From: Erysipelotrichaceae bacterium
Lineage (GTDB): Bacteria > Bacillota_I > Bacilli_A > RFN20 > CAG-826
DNA length: 64,000 bases
Direction: 5' to 3'
Assembly: GCA_015059065.1 (NCBI GenBank)
Contig: SVBE01000007.1
Span: 759-64,758, forward strand
The notes under the pieces were generated by a model. That model searched no databases. It worked only from the letters and a program-made list of their open reading frames with translations, and had not been told where the DNA came from. Shown here piece by piece: positions 1 through 7,581 of the stretch; positions within the stretch are counted from its first letter, which is position 1; each line of letters opens with the position of its first letter. The translations under genes and the position numbers were made by a program.

Positions 1-2
1 TG

Positions 3-914
3 TCCACTTTAGTGACTATCACTAATGAATATAAGGTTATGTATATCTTATGTTTCTTATTGTTATTACTAAACATATACATATCATTCATATATCTACT
101 CAACCATATACATTTTAAAAAGCAGTTTATGTGGCTATGTATAGCTGGTATAGCAATTGGATTCTTTATGCTTATATATTCATATATCAAAGAATGGGAG
201 ACATATAAGTTGTTCATTGAAAATATGTCCACGACTGTTAGAACATATAACCCAAGGAGTCTCACTAATAATCAGAATAGCTTCGCTGCTATTCTTTTAG
301 GGGCGGCGTTCTGTTCATACGGATTATATGCTATTACTAACAAACACATATGTTGGATAATTGGATTATTCTTTTGTATCAATACATTCTTCCCAATGTC
401 GAGGATATGTTTAACACTATCTATTATTCTTTCTTTAATGATATTTGCCTATAAGATGTTCGTGACTTATAAAGGAAATGAAAAGAGGAATAATATCGCT
501 ATCATATCAGTTGTTGGAACAATATTAACGTTACTCATCCTATACCTTTCAGTAAATGTCATCAGAAATTATATCGATAATGTTATCTTCACTAAAAATA
601 GTTCACTTAGCTCCAGACTACCTCTAATTGAACTCACTTTAAATATGACAGAGGGTGTTCATTCCATATTTGGTAATGGGCATGGATATTTCAACACTGC
701 GTTTTCTATTATGAATGGATCAGTTAAGATGCCACATAATCTATATGTTCAAACATACGGATCCCTTGGCATTGTTGGATTAGGCGCATTGATTGCGTTA
801 ATCATCTATGCTGTATATAGAATCGTTAGATTATATAAAGAAAATAAGGAAGCATCATTAATCTCCCTTATTGGTTTAGTTACTGTATTAATCTATTACA
901 TTGTCGAAGGATAA
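3..914 (+). CDS. O-antigen ligase/polymerase (Wzy_C-like) family polytopic membrane protein, probably 5'-truncated by the window edge
   Basis: The frame stays open from nt 3 (no stop before the GTG at 12), so the gene probably starts upstream of the window. It has multiple hydrophobic spans. A central NPRSLTNNQNSFAAILLGAAF loop is followed by further TM helices, as in O-antigen ligase/Wzy-type proteins. The call rests on motif recall only. Confidence 0.5.
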   Translation, partial: STLVTITNEYKVMYILCFLLLLLNIYISFIYLLNHIHFKKQFMWLCIAGIAIGFFMLIYSYIKEWETYKLFIENMSTTVRTYNPRSLTNNQNSFAAILLGAAFCSYGLYAITNKHICWIIGLFFCINTFFPMSRICLTLSIILSLMIFAYKMFVTYKGNEKRNNIAIISVVGTILTLLILYLSVNVIRNYIDNVIFTKNSSLSSRLPLIELTLNMTEGVHSIFGNGHGYFNTAFSIMNGSVKMPHNLYVQTYGSLGIVGLGALIALIIYAVYRIVRLYKENKEASLISLIGLVTVLIYYIVEG

Positions 915-919
915 TATAG

Positions 920-2032
920 CTATTTATGCTTATTGATCTCTTTTAACTCATTACGTGTTTTATCGTGTTGTTTAAAAAGTCCTCGGAACAATCTGAATGT
1001 CCAAGCGATAGGAATTAATATATGATGTTTGTACGCCCACGGATAAAGGATTTTATATTCTGTTACAGGCGGGAAGATACGAGAGAATATATATTTAAGC
1101 CTTCCTTTATTTTTAACACCTTTTTCAACCTTATTTCCTAATGTTCCGTACGTACTAGAAGAAGCAATATATAATAAGATGTCCTTCTCATTATCATCTA
1201 ACTCTTTATTAGAGAACAATTTAATAGATAAAGAATTAATCTCTTTAGAGAATTCTAATAATTCTAATTTCTCTAATTCTTTATCAATATAATCAATATT
1301 TAATTTATTGTTTTTTATGAATACATAGCAATCAATTAAATTTCTAAGCCCGCATCCGGCATTTTGATAATGCTTATGCAAATGTGCAATGTAATAAATG
1401 TAAAAATCTTCATTAGATAAATAATGTTCGTGGTCACTTTTTATTGGAGATCGTTCTAATAAACCTTCATAATAAGGAACCAACAATTCAAATTCTTTTA
1501 TGTGTTCAAACAAATAACGATGCATTTCAAAGTTATAAAAAGGGTCTTTCAAGTAAACATCATCTTTATCTACATCGTATGACTTAACTTTATACCCCCT
1601 ATCCGCAAAGAACCGTTTTACTAATTCTTTTTTACTGTCATCAAAAAGGATATCGTTGTCCGCGAATTCCCTTGTCGCGGGATCAGGATAATAATCTTTG
1701 ATGATGATGCCTTTTAAAGGCAGATAATCTATCTTGTTATCATTTAGGTATTTATATAATTCATTTCTCTCTTTATCAAAAAGCACTGTTTTACGGACAT
1801 TTGATAAATATGCTTCTTCTAATCTTGGTAGATATTCTTTATTGATCTTTATACCTGTATCTACTATAGCCTTATATAACAATGCTGATAAAGAATGGAA
1901 TTTAGAAAATTTGATGTAGAATGATAACTGTTTATCATCAATATCCATATCATCTAATTTCTCATTATTTAGATATGATGATAGTAGATGGATATAATCA
2001 TATAGATATTTGTTAAATACTTCTTTATCCAT
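920..2032 (-). CDS. Nucleotidyltransferase family protein (PF14907/NTP_transf_5-like); last gene of the PqqD/HprK-like cassette
   Basis: 370 aa. The segment LPLKGIIIKDYYPDPATREFADNDILFD fits the KG...Y.P...R...D.D.L signature of the 'uncharacterised nucleotidyltransferase' family that co-occurs with PqqD/HprK-like genes. It lies 5 nt downstream of the ABC gene. Confidence 0.65.
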   Translation of the reverse strand: MDKEVFNKYLYDYIHLLSSYLNNEKLDDMDIDDKQLSFYIKFSKFHSLSALLYKAIVDTGIKINKEYLPRLEEAYLSNVRKTVLFDKERNELYKYLNDNKIDYLPLKGIIIKDYYPDPATREFADNDILFDDSKKELVKRFFADRGYKVKSYDVDKDDVYLKDPFYNFEMHRYLFEHIKEFELLVPYYEGLLERSPIKSDHEHYLSNEDFYIYYIAHLHKHYQNAGCGLRNLIDCYVFIKNNKLNIDYIDKELEKLELLEFSKEINSLSIKLFSNKELDDNEKDILLYIASSSTYGTLGNKVEKGVKNKGRLKYIFSRIFPPVTEYKILYPWAYKHHILIPIAWTFRLFRGLFKQHDKTRNELKEINKHK

Positions 2033-2037
2033 AACAT

Positions 2038-3678
2038 CTATTCGCCTAAATCAATCACTTTATCAAAAAGTTTATCATCATATTTATGATGTGATATCAA
2101 TATGATAGTTCTATCACTTAAAGATAATATATTGTTCATCACTTTCTTTTCTGTTGATTCATCAAGAGATGCACTGCATTCGTCTAATAATAGGATTGGG
2201 GAAGAAGAATATATTGCTCTTGCAATCGCGATTCTTTCCATCTCTCCTAAAGATAATCCACTGCCTTTGACATTAAGGACTGTGTTTTCTTTATCATTTA
2301 ATTTATTGATGAAATCATATGATTCAGATATATGTAATGAACTGTTGAATAACTGTTCATCAACATCATTATCATATAATGTGATCACATCTTTAATTCT
2401 ACCTTCCATCAATAAATTATCTTGAGGGACATAGGCAAATAATCTTTCATATCTTTTAGATAATGGTTCACCGTTAATTAATATCTCTCCGTCATCAGGT
2501 TTAATTAAAGATAATAATAATTTAAATAAAGTAGTCTTTCCTCCCCCAGAATGACCTTTAATCAATATCTTGTCATTCTTATTAATTGTTAATGATAAAT
2601 CTTTAATCGCTTCAACTTTATGATCATATTTATCAAGATATGAATATGAGATATGCTTTATCTCAATACTATTAAATTCACCTCGATAATATTGATCAAT
2701 CTCACTCTTAGATAGATAAGATATATCATCATCTCTATCTATCATTATTCTCTCTCCAGATGCGATTAATGAATAATATCTTGGTATGATATTAGTGATA
2801 TTCCCTAATGGTCCTGTTAACTGAGTTAATAAAGCGATTAAGGCGGTTAATAGACCAATAGTCATATTGTTATCAAGGATCGCTCTTCCGCAGAAGATAA
2901 TGGCTAATATATAGAAAGAATAATAAACAACAATATATCCAATCGAGCAAGCGATAGAGAAGAGATTCCTCTTCATCCTCGCTTTCTTATAGTTAGATAA
3001 ATTATCTTCATTCTTTTTAGAAAAGATATCTTCTTTAACAAAGCTATGAATGATAGATAAGCCCTGTAAAGATTCAAAGAAGAAGATCTTGACCTTACCG
3101 TCCTCTTCTTGCATCTTTTTATGATATAGCTTAAGTCTCTTTCTAAGTAGATAAGTAAGAAGGATTACAAATACGATAGAAGGTAATAAAGATAAACCAA
3201 ATATTGGATATAGATAGATGATCGCCGCGATAGCAAGTACAAGCTGGACTACCATACGACATAAAGAAGGTAAGATGGAAAGAATGGATGATGATATCAC
3301 TGATACATCACTAGTGAGTCTATGTATCCATTCTTCATCATGAATCTTTTTAATCTCACTGTAGTCTTTGGATAATATGGTTTTATATAGATTATCTTTT
3401 AATTTGTTCTCGATATCGACATAACAATATTCATAATAGATGCGATAGAAGATTTGTAGTCCTACAAGTAATAAAGCAATAGAAGACATCGCTATCACAT
3501 AGATGATAAATAAATCATTATTCTTCTCTTCTAATGACGATATTAAAAAGCGAAGCATAAAAGAGAACGCTACTGTTAATGTCCCTAATATTATCTGAAT
3601 AATAGAAAGAAGAACAATCTTTCTTTTATTGCCCTTGATATTATTAGAGATGAAATGTAGCACTTCTTTATTCTTCAT
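2038..3678 (-). CDS. ABC transporter, fused permease + ATP-binding protein (exporter type, no C39 peptidase domain)
   Basis: 546 aa. An N-terminal ~6-TM domain is followed by Walker A GHSGGGKTT, signature LSLGEMERIAIARA and Walker B ILLLDECSASLD. It overlaps the upstream peptidase gene by 4 nt. Confidence 0.9.
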   Translation of the reverse strand: MKNKEVLHFISNNIKGNKRKIVLLSIIQIILGTLTVAFSFMLRFLISSLEEKNNDLFIIYVIAMSSIALLLVGLQIFYRIYYEYCYVDIENKLKDNLYKTILSKDYSEIKKIHDEEWIHRLTSDVSVISSSILSILPSLCRMVVQLVLAIAAIIYLYPIFGLSLLPSIVFVILLTYLLRKRLKLYHKKMQEEDGKVKIFFFESLQGLSIIHSFVKEDIFSKKNEDNLSNYKKARMKRNLFSIACSIGYIVVYYSFYILAIIFCGRAILDNNMTIGLLTALIALLTQLTGPLGNITNIIPRYYSLIASGERIMIDRDDDISYLSKSEIDQYYRGEFNSIEIKHISYSYLDKYDHKVEAIKDLSLTINKNDKILIKGHSGGGKTTLFKLLLSLIKPDDGEILINGEPLSKRYERLFAYVPQDNLLMEGRIKDVITLYDNDVDEQLFNSSLHISESYDFINKLNDKENTVLNVKGSGLSLGEMERIAIARAIYSSSPILLLDECSASLDESTEKKVMNNILSLSDRTIILISHHKYDDKLFDKVIDLGE

Positions 3679-4100
3679 TTAACTCTCCTCAGATGGAGTT
3701 TAGATAATAGATATTGTATCGGCATCCTGATATAGATGAAATTAGAGTAGAAGAACTTTCTCATCTTCTTGTCTTTATTTAGATTAATTACTCTTCCATC
3801 CTTCTTTCTAATTTCAATTAATTTACCTAATAATAAAGATCGATCAATCTTCTTATCAATAAAATAATTATAATCCCCTGCCGTAACGATAATATTATCT
3901 TTTATTTTAATAATGCGATGGAGGATATATTTATCATTATATTTATATAGAACGATATCACCTTTATGATATATATCAGTCTTTATGATATATAAGATAT
4001 CCTCTCTTTGACGAATGAGAGGATACATCGAAAACCCTACATTCGTGAAATATAGTTCTCCGTCTTTATCTAATACATCTTCAAATTTACTTAATGGCAT
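3675..4100 (-). CDS. S24/S26 (LexA/signal-peptidase-like) serine peptidase family protein
   Basis: 141 aa. GFSMYPLI matches the G-x-S-M-x-P nucleophile motif. It is followed by GDIVLY and ILHRIIKIK, which could supply the Lys general base. It overlaps both flanking genes. Confidence 0.6.
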   Translation of the reverse strand: MPLSKFEDVLDKDGELYFTNVGFSMYPLIRQREDILYIIKTDIYHKGDIVLYKYNDKYILHRIIKIKDNIIVTAGDYNYFIDKKIDRSLLLGKLIEIRKKDGRVINLNKDKKMRKFFYSNFIYIRMPIQYLLSKLHLRRVK

Positions 4101-4374
4101 TGATCTCTCTTAATTTATTCACAAAATCATTCACTGATTGATTGATAAGGTCTTTATCTTCATCTGGATAAGAATTATAGAAATGAGATAATAATTCATC
4201 CATCGTTAAATCATTATCATCAAGGAGATGAACAATCTCACTTCCCGTTTCATTAAGCTTAATAATTCCATGGAATGATTTGCTCTCTTCTTCTACTGGG
4301 ACTAGTATCTCCCCAGAAGAAGTCTTATGAATCAAAAAATTATTGTTCAGTCTCATATCTAATAATCCTTTCAT
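4087..4374 (-). CDS. PqqD family protein (RiPP-recognition-element-like peptide chaperone)
   Basis: 95 aa. The pattern ...GEILVPVEEESKSFHGIIKLNETGSEIVHLLDDNDLTMDELLSHFYNSYP...DLINQSVNDFVNKLREINAI matches the PqqD family layout (beta strands, L-N-x-T/S-G, winged helix). The start could instead be the Met at 4356. Confidence 0.7.
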   Translation of the reverse strand: MKGLLDMRLNNNFLIHKTSSGEILVPVEEESKSFHGIIKLNETGSEIVHLLDDNDLTMDELLSHFYNSYPDEDKDLINQSVNDFVNKLREINAIK

Positions 4375-5065
4375 ATGTCATCTTCGCGGCATCTATATCC
4401 ATATTGACATTAATATTATAGAAATTAATTTCTTCTAATATTATATCAATGATCTTAAGAGCCTTTTCTCTTTTATCTTTACCAGTTGGTAAATATATCT
4501 GAGATAAGAGATTAGTATATATATTGTCTTTATTATTTATCTTCTTATAACTATTCTCTATCCCCCGATTAAGGAATATCACAGTAGAAAGAGGGGCAGA
4601 TATATTATTCCCCCTTCTTTCTTTCCCGTTCCACGGGGAAGAATAAATAACGATATCATCCCCTACTTCAAGTAAAGGCTTATCATCATTGATATAAATA
4701 AATTTATCTCCTAATAATTCAGATAATAATCTAGCATGTGTTGTTTTACCTGTACCACTTCTTGCTGCGAGAAGAAAAGCATAACCATTCACCATAAAAG
4801 AAGAAGAATGGAACACGACGATATTATGATCAACAAGGATATCTGCAATCTTTCTATATAAGGCTGATATCTCTTCATTAACATAAACCTTACCATCACT
4901 TTGATAAGTAGTTTCAGCTTTTAAATCATCCTCAGTTAATGTAATTAGATAATCCGCTTTAACATCATCATCCACAAGATAATCTTTACAGTATCTTTTA
5001 GTCGTCATATTAAAAGCATTTATCTCAAATACATATCTTACTAGTTTTATTTTGAAATTAACCAT
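4340..5065 (-). CDS. HPr kinase C-terminal-like (HprK-related) P-loop protein; first gene of the cassette
   Basis: 241 aa. FHSSSFMVNGYAFLLAARSGTGKTTHARLL matches the H-(G/S)-S-x-h-x4-G-x-A-x-L-h-x-G-x-S-G-x-G-K-(S/T)-T block of HprK-related kinases found in RiPP and HPr-rel-A loci. There is no Shine-Dalgarno (SD) sequence upstream. Confidence 0.6.
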   Translation of the reverse strand: MVNFKIKLVRYVFEINAFNMTTKRYCKDYLVDDDVKADYLITLTEDDLKAETTYQSDGKVYVNEEISALYRKIADILVDHNIVVFHSSSFMVNGYAFLLAARSGTGKTTHARLLSELLGDKFIYINDDKPLLEVGDDIVIYSSPWNGKERRGNNISAPLSTVIFLNRGIENSYKKINNKDNIYTNLLSQIYLPTGKDKREKALKIIDIILEEINFYNINVNMDIDAAKMTYERIIRYETEQ

Positions 5066-5079
5066 AACTATATGGGTCT

Positions 5080-5108
5080 ATTATACATTTTTGTATAACT
5101 CTTGAGAA
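5080..5108 (-). promoter_or_regulatory. Candidate sigma-70-type promoter of the cassette (TTCTCA-17 nt-TATAAT)
   Basis: On the minus strand the -35 TTCTCA is at 5108-5103 and the -10 TATAAT at 5085-5080, with a 17-nt spacer. The -10 ends 14 nt before the ATG at 5065 and no SD intervenes. This implies a very short-leader or leaderless mRNA. Confidence 0.4.
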
Positions 5109-5245
5109 TAACAACCCAATATTCACCCGTGGGAACATATAGTTCGGACGAAGAGTCATCTACATCCTCAGAAGAACAGGCAAGTTCTGAGATGGAGGTT
5201 GATAGTGATGATGAAACAGGGTGGAGTCCAATAATTTGGTTCTAG
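5099..5245 (+). pseudogene. Remnant of the 3' end of a Ser/Glu-rich lipoprotein gene (paralogue of 9608-10186)
   Basis: The open frame after the TAA at 5096 reads ...YSPVGTYSSDEESSTSSEEQASSEMEVDSDDETGWSPIIWF*. This parallels the acidic S/E-rich tract and the ...DSDSGWGSIRWPD* C-terminus of 9608-10186. It occupies the equivalent position upstream of a small peptide gene. It has no signal peptide, lipobox or repeat domain. Confidence 0.35.
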
Positions 5246-5247
5246 CA

Positions 5248-5274
5248 GTACAAGAGTTTTAGGAGGAATTGTAC
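5248..5274 (+). promoter_or_regulatory. 6-bp stem (GTACAA/TTGTAC) enclosing the Shine-Dalgarno (SD) sequence, abutting the ATG of the 45-aa peptide gene
   Basis: 5248-5253 pairs with 5269-5274. The 15-nt loop contains AGGAGG. The same geometry, with a different sequence, occurs at 9588-9613. Confidence 0.4.
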
Positions 5275-5412
5275 ATGGGAGAAAAGAAAAAGAAGTTTAT
5301 TATACCAGAAGCTGAACTGGTTGATTTCACAAATGATGACATCATCACAACTAGTGTTGGTACAGACCAATTACAATGGGGTGATGGTGGTGCCAATACG
5401 GATGATTTCTAG
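5275..5412 (+). CDS. Unannotated 45-aa peptide (conserved K-rich F-x-x-P-E-x-E...NDDIIT-x-S N-terminus, acidic Trp/Gly C-terminus)
   Basis: The sequence is MGEKKKKFIIPEAELVDFTNDDIITTSVGTDQLQWGDGGANTDDF*. AGGAGG (5261-5266) lies 8 nt upstream of the ATG. The stop TAG overlaps the SD of the next gene, whose ATG follows 13 nt later. 19 of the 27 N-terminal residues are identical to the paralogue at 9441-9587. It is absent from the ORF track because it is under 60 aa. Confidence 0.75.
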   Translation: MGEKKKKFIIPEAELVDFTNDDIITTSVGTDQLQWGDGGANTDDF

Positions 5413-5425
5413 GAGGTAGTTTGAG

Positions 5426-7492
5426 ATGAAAAGAAAATTATTATTAGGAATACTTCCAGTTTTAATGAGTTTGTCCGCATGTGGAGGTGCAAACCAAAAA
5501 GCAAATGATTATTTCCAAGAAGACGCTTTGCTTCATGAAGAAATCTTTGGATCTGTTGAGAGCGCAATAGAATCAAAAGCATTTCGCAACCTTGATCCAA
5601 TTGGCCCAGCAGTTCCATTAATTGGTGTTCAACAACAAACATATACAGATTCAAGAGATTCTAAGCAATATCTTGCTGTTAGGTTTGTTGCTGTTGTCAA
5701 TCTTCCAGATTTATCAACAACCATTAAATGGGATAGAGGTATATACGAAGATGATGGAGACTGTCATAAAGCATTTGATAAGCCATTAGTAGCTACAACG
5801 GTATATGAATCTATTTATGATGGTAGCAGTTTAGTCAACATTTCAGCTTATGAAGGGTATACACATTTTGCAACATATACAGTCAGAAAAATACCAACAA
5901 ATAAGACAGGCTATTTTATCAAAGCATCATTAACTATTGGCAATGGCGAGCCTAGTAAGCAATATGCAACATCTGTTGATTTAACTAAGCAGGTTTCATT
6001 TAAGTTTAACACACCATATTCAGGATATTTCTTACAAGGAAAACGCGGTGAAGAACCAAACGCTACCACTTATGCTGACGACGGTGAAATCCCTGCTGGT
6101 AATCAAGCTCGTTTTACTACTTCTTTAGCAGCAAGTGACAACTTCTTTGTTGTTTATAATTATGAAGGTGCTACACCAGAAGAATCTAAATTTAAAATTC
6201 TTGGTTCTGAAATTTTAACTGGTAGTGAATACGCTAATATATTCTTTGAAGACACAGAAGGAACTAGTGCAAAGATTAATGTTAAAGCATCAAATGACTA
6301 TGTCTTATATTTAGATAATAGTAATATCTTACAATCAGATGAAATACATACAACAGCTATCGCTTTACAACATGGCGGTGTTGCTTGTTCTTCTGCTGAT
6401 TTATATCTCGGATTAGACGAAGATGCAACTTTTGAATTAACTGCAGTCACTACTCCAGCTGTGGTATCCGATAATGTAACTTGGGAATCTAGTGATACGA
6501 ACGTTGTTACTGTTTCAAACGGAACAGTTGCTCGTGTTGGTGCAGGAACAGCAACGGTCACAGCAACATCTAATGGCCAAACAGCAACATGTGCTTTCAC
6601 TGTACATAAAGTTTATGAAGGTGCAGTATATAGATCTGATGTTAAAGTTGGATCGTTTGATTTTGGCGAAGGTGCTGACAAAGGAGATTATACCGAATAT
6701 GCCTCATTGGTAAGCACCGTTAATACTGATGACATTATTATAATGTATAAAAATGGCGTGCAAATTTATCCAGGTGCATCTAATTCGGATGGAAACCTAG
6801 AGTATAATAATGAACATTTATTAAGAGTAAAAGATGGCGGTGCCAACTTAAGCTTATACCTCAAAGACTATGGGTCAGGTTATGATACATGGTTTGATAA
6901 TCCAGTATATACGATTAATAGATCTGCGAGCGGTGTCCGTACATTATGGTTCAAGTCAGCTACAAACGAATGGTGTGGAACCCCAGCCGTTTTTAAAGCT
7001 GGTGAATCATTCAGTGCTTATGATAAATGTGGCAACTTGTTAGAATATGGTCCAGACGAATGGTCGTTTGGAACAAAGGATTCTTACAAGTCCTACATTT
7101 CATATAATGATGGTGTTTATACCGCACTTAAAGATTTTGAAGTAGATGTTTATGTAAAGATTGACCAAAAAATCATATATTTCGGTACTCAGTATCCTTA
7201 TTATTTCTTATCAGGTTCATTTAATTCATGGGCTTACCAAGATAGCAATTATAAATTGGTCATAACCGATAATGCTGAATATAAGTTAGCTTTTAGCGTT
7301 TCAAAATCAGAAACATTCAAAGTTACTTCTGATAGTGATTCGCCAACTTGGTACCCTGATGGTAAAGATAATAACTACTCAATTGACTCAGAAGGCAATT
7401 ATATCATCTACTTTGACCCAAATAAAAGAACTGATCAAGGTTGGTATTATGATTATTTCTATGTGCAAAAAGTAGTTACAAGTAACTCATAA
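5426..7492 (+). CDS. Large surface lipoprotein with a Big_2 (bacterial Ig-like) domain; paralogue of 7582-9426
   Basis: The signal and lipobox are MKRKLLLGILPVLMSLSAC-GG. The N-terminal ~250 aa align with 7582-9426 (HEEIFG, PLIGVQ, RFVAVV, YEDDGD, GYFL.G, ARFTTSL..DNF.VVYN). A Big_2-like segment ATFELTAVTTPAVVSDNVTWESSDTNVVTVSNGTVARVGAGTATVTATSNGQTATCAFTV lies at about 6424-6610. The C-terminal GSFNSW-type module may be glycan-binding. Confidence 0.85.
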   Translation: MKRKLLLGILPVLMSLSACGGANQKANDYFQEDALLHEEIFGSVESAIESKAFRNLDPIGPAVPLIGVQQQTYTDSRDSKQYLAVRFVAVVNLPDLSTTIKWDRGIYEDDGDCHKAFDKPLVATTVYESIYDGSSLVNISAYEGYTHFATYTVRKIPTNKTGYFIKASLTIGNGEPSKQYATSVDLTKQVSFKFNTPYSGYFLQGKRGEEPNATTYADDGEIPAGNQARFTTSLAASDNFFVVYNYEGATPEESKFKILGSEILTGSEYANIFFEDTEGTSAKINVKASNDYVLYLDNSNILQSDEIHTTAIALQHGGVACSSADLYLGLDEDATFELTAVTTPAVVSDNVTWESSDTNVVTVSNGTVARVGAGTATVTATSNGQTATCAFTVHKVYEGAVYRSDVKVGSFDFGEGADKGDYTEYASLVSTVNTDDIIIMYKNGVQIYPGASNSDGNLEYNNEHLLRVKDGGANLSLYLKDYGSGYDTWFDNPVYTINRSASGVRTLWFKSATNEWCGTPAVFKAGESFSAYDKCGNLLEYGPDEWSFGTKDSYKSYISYNDGVYTALKDFEVDVYVKIDQKIIYFGTQYPYYFLSGSFNSWAYQDSNYKLVITDNAEYKLAFSVSKSETFKVTSDSDSPTWYPDGKDNNYSIDSEGNYIIYFDPNKRTDQGWYYDYFYVQKVVTSNS

Positions 7493-7511
7493 TATCGTAT
7501 TGAAAACAATT

Positions 7512-7545
7512 AAAAGGACCTCGCGTCGTTTGCGAAGTCCTTTTT
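7512..7545. terminator. Bidirectional rho-independent terminator between the convergent lipoprotein genes
   Basis: AAAAGGACCTCGC (7512-7524) pairs with GCGAAGTCCTTTT (7532-7544) with one C.A mismatch and a 7-nt loop. There is an A-run on one side and a T-run on the other. Confidence 0.7.
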
Positions 7546-7581
7546 ATAATTTGTTTTTAGAGATTAATATGTTTGTTTGAT

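Noticed and set aside
5058-5159. A 33-aa minus-strand ORF (MTLRPNYMFPRVNIGLLFSRVIQKCIIDPYSYG) sits immediately upstream of, and overlaps, the first cassette gene. It has a GAGGA 5 nt before its ATG. I considered it as the missing precursor peptide.
   Set aside because: It is the antisense of the Ser/Glu-rich gene remnant, so the SD-like GAGGA simply mirrors Ser/Glu codons. The best candidate promoter of the cassette (5080-5108) lies inside it. It has no paralogue or leader/core-like features. It is kept only as a low-probability alternative, testable by Ribo-seq.
920-5412. Calling the locus a canonical lasso-peptide biosynthetic cluster.
   Set aside because: No asparagine-synthetase-like cyclase or transglutaminase-like B2 protease gene is present anywhere in the window. 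In both candidate cores the first acidic residue is at position 5, not at 7-9 as needed for known macrolactam rings.
5409-5654. An 81-aa minus-strand ORF overlapping the start of the lipoprotein gene at 5426.
   Set aside because: It is antisense to a well-supported lipoprotein gene and to the end of the small peptide gene. It has no SD and an implausible composition.
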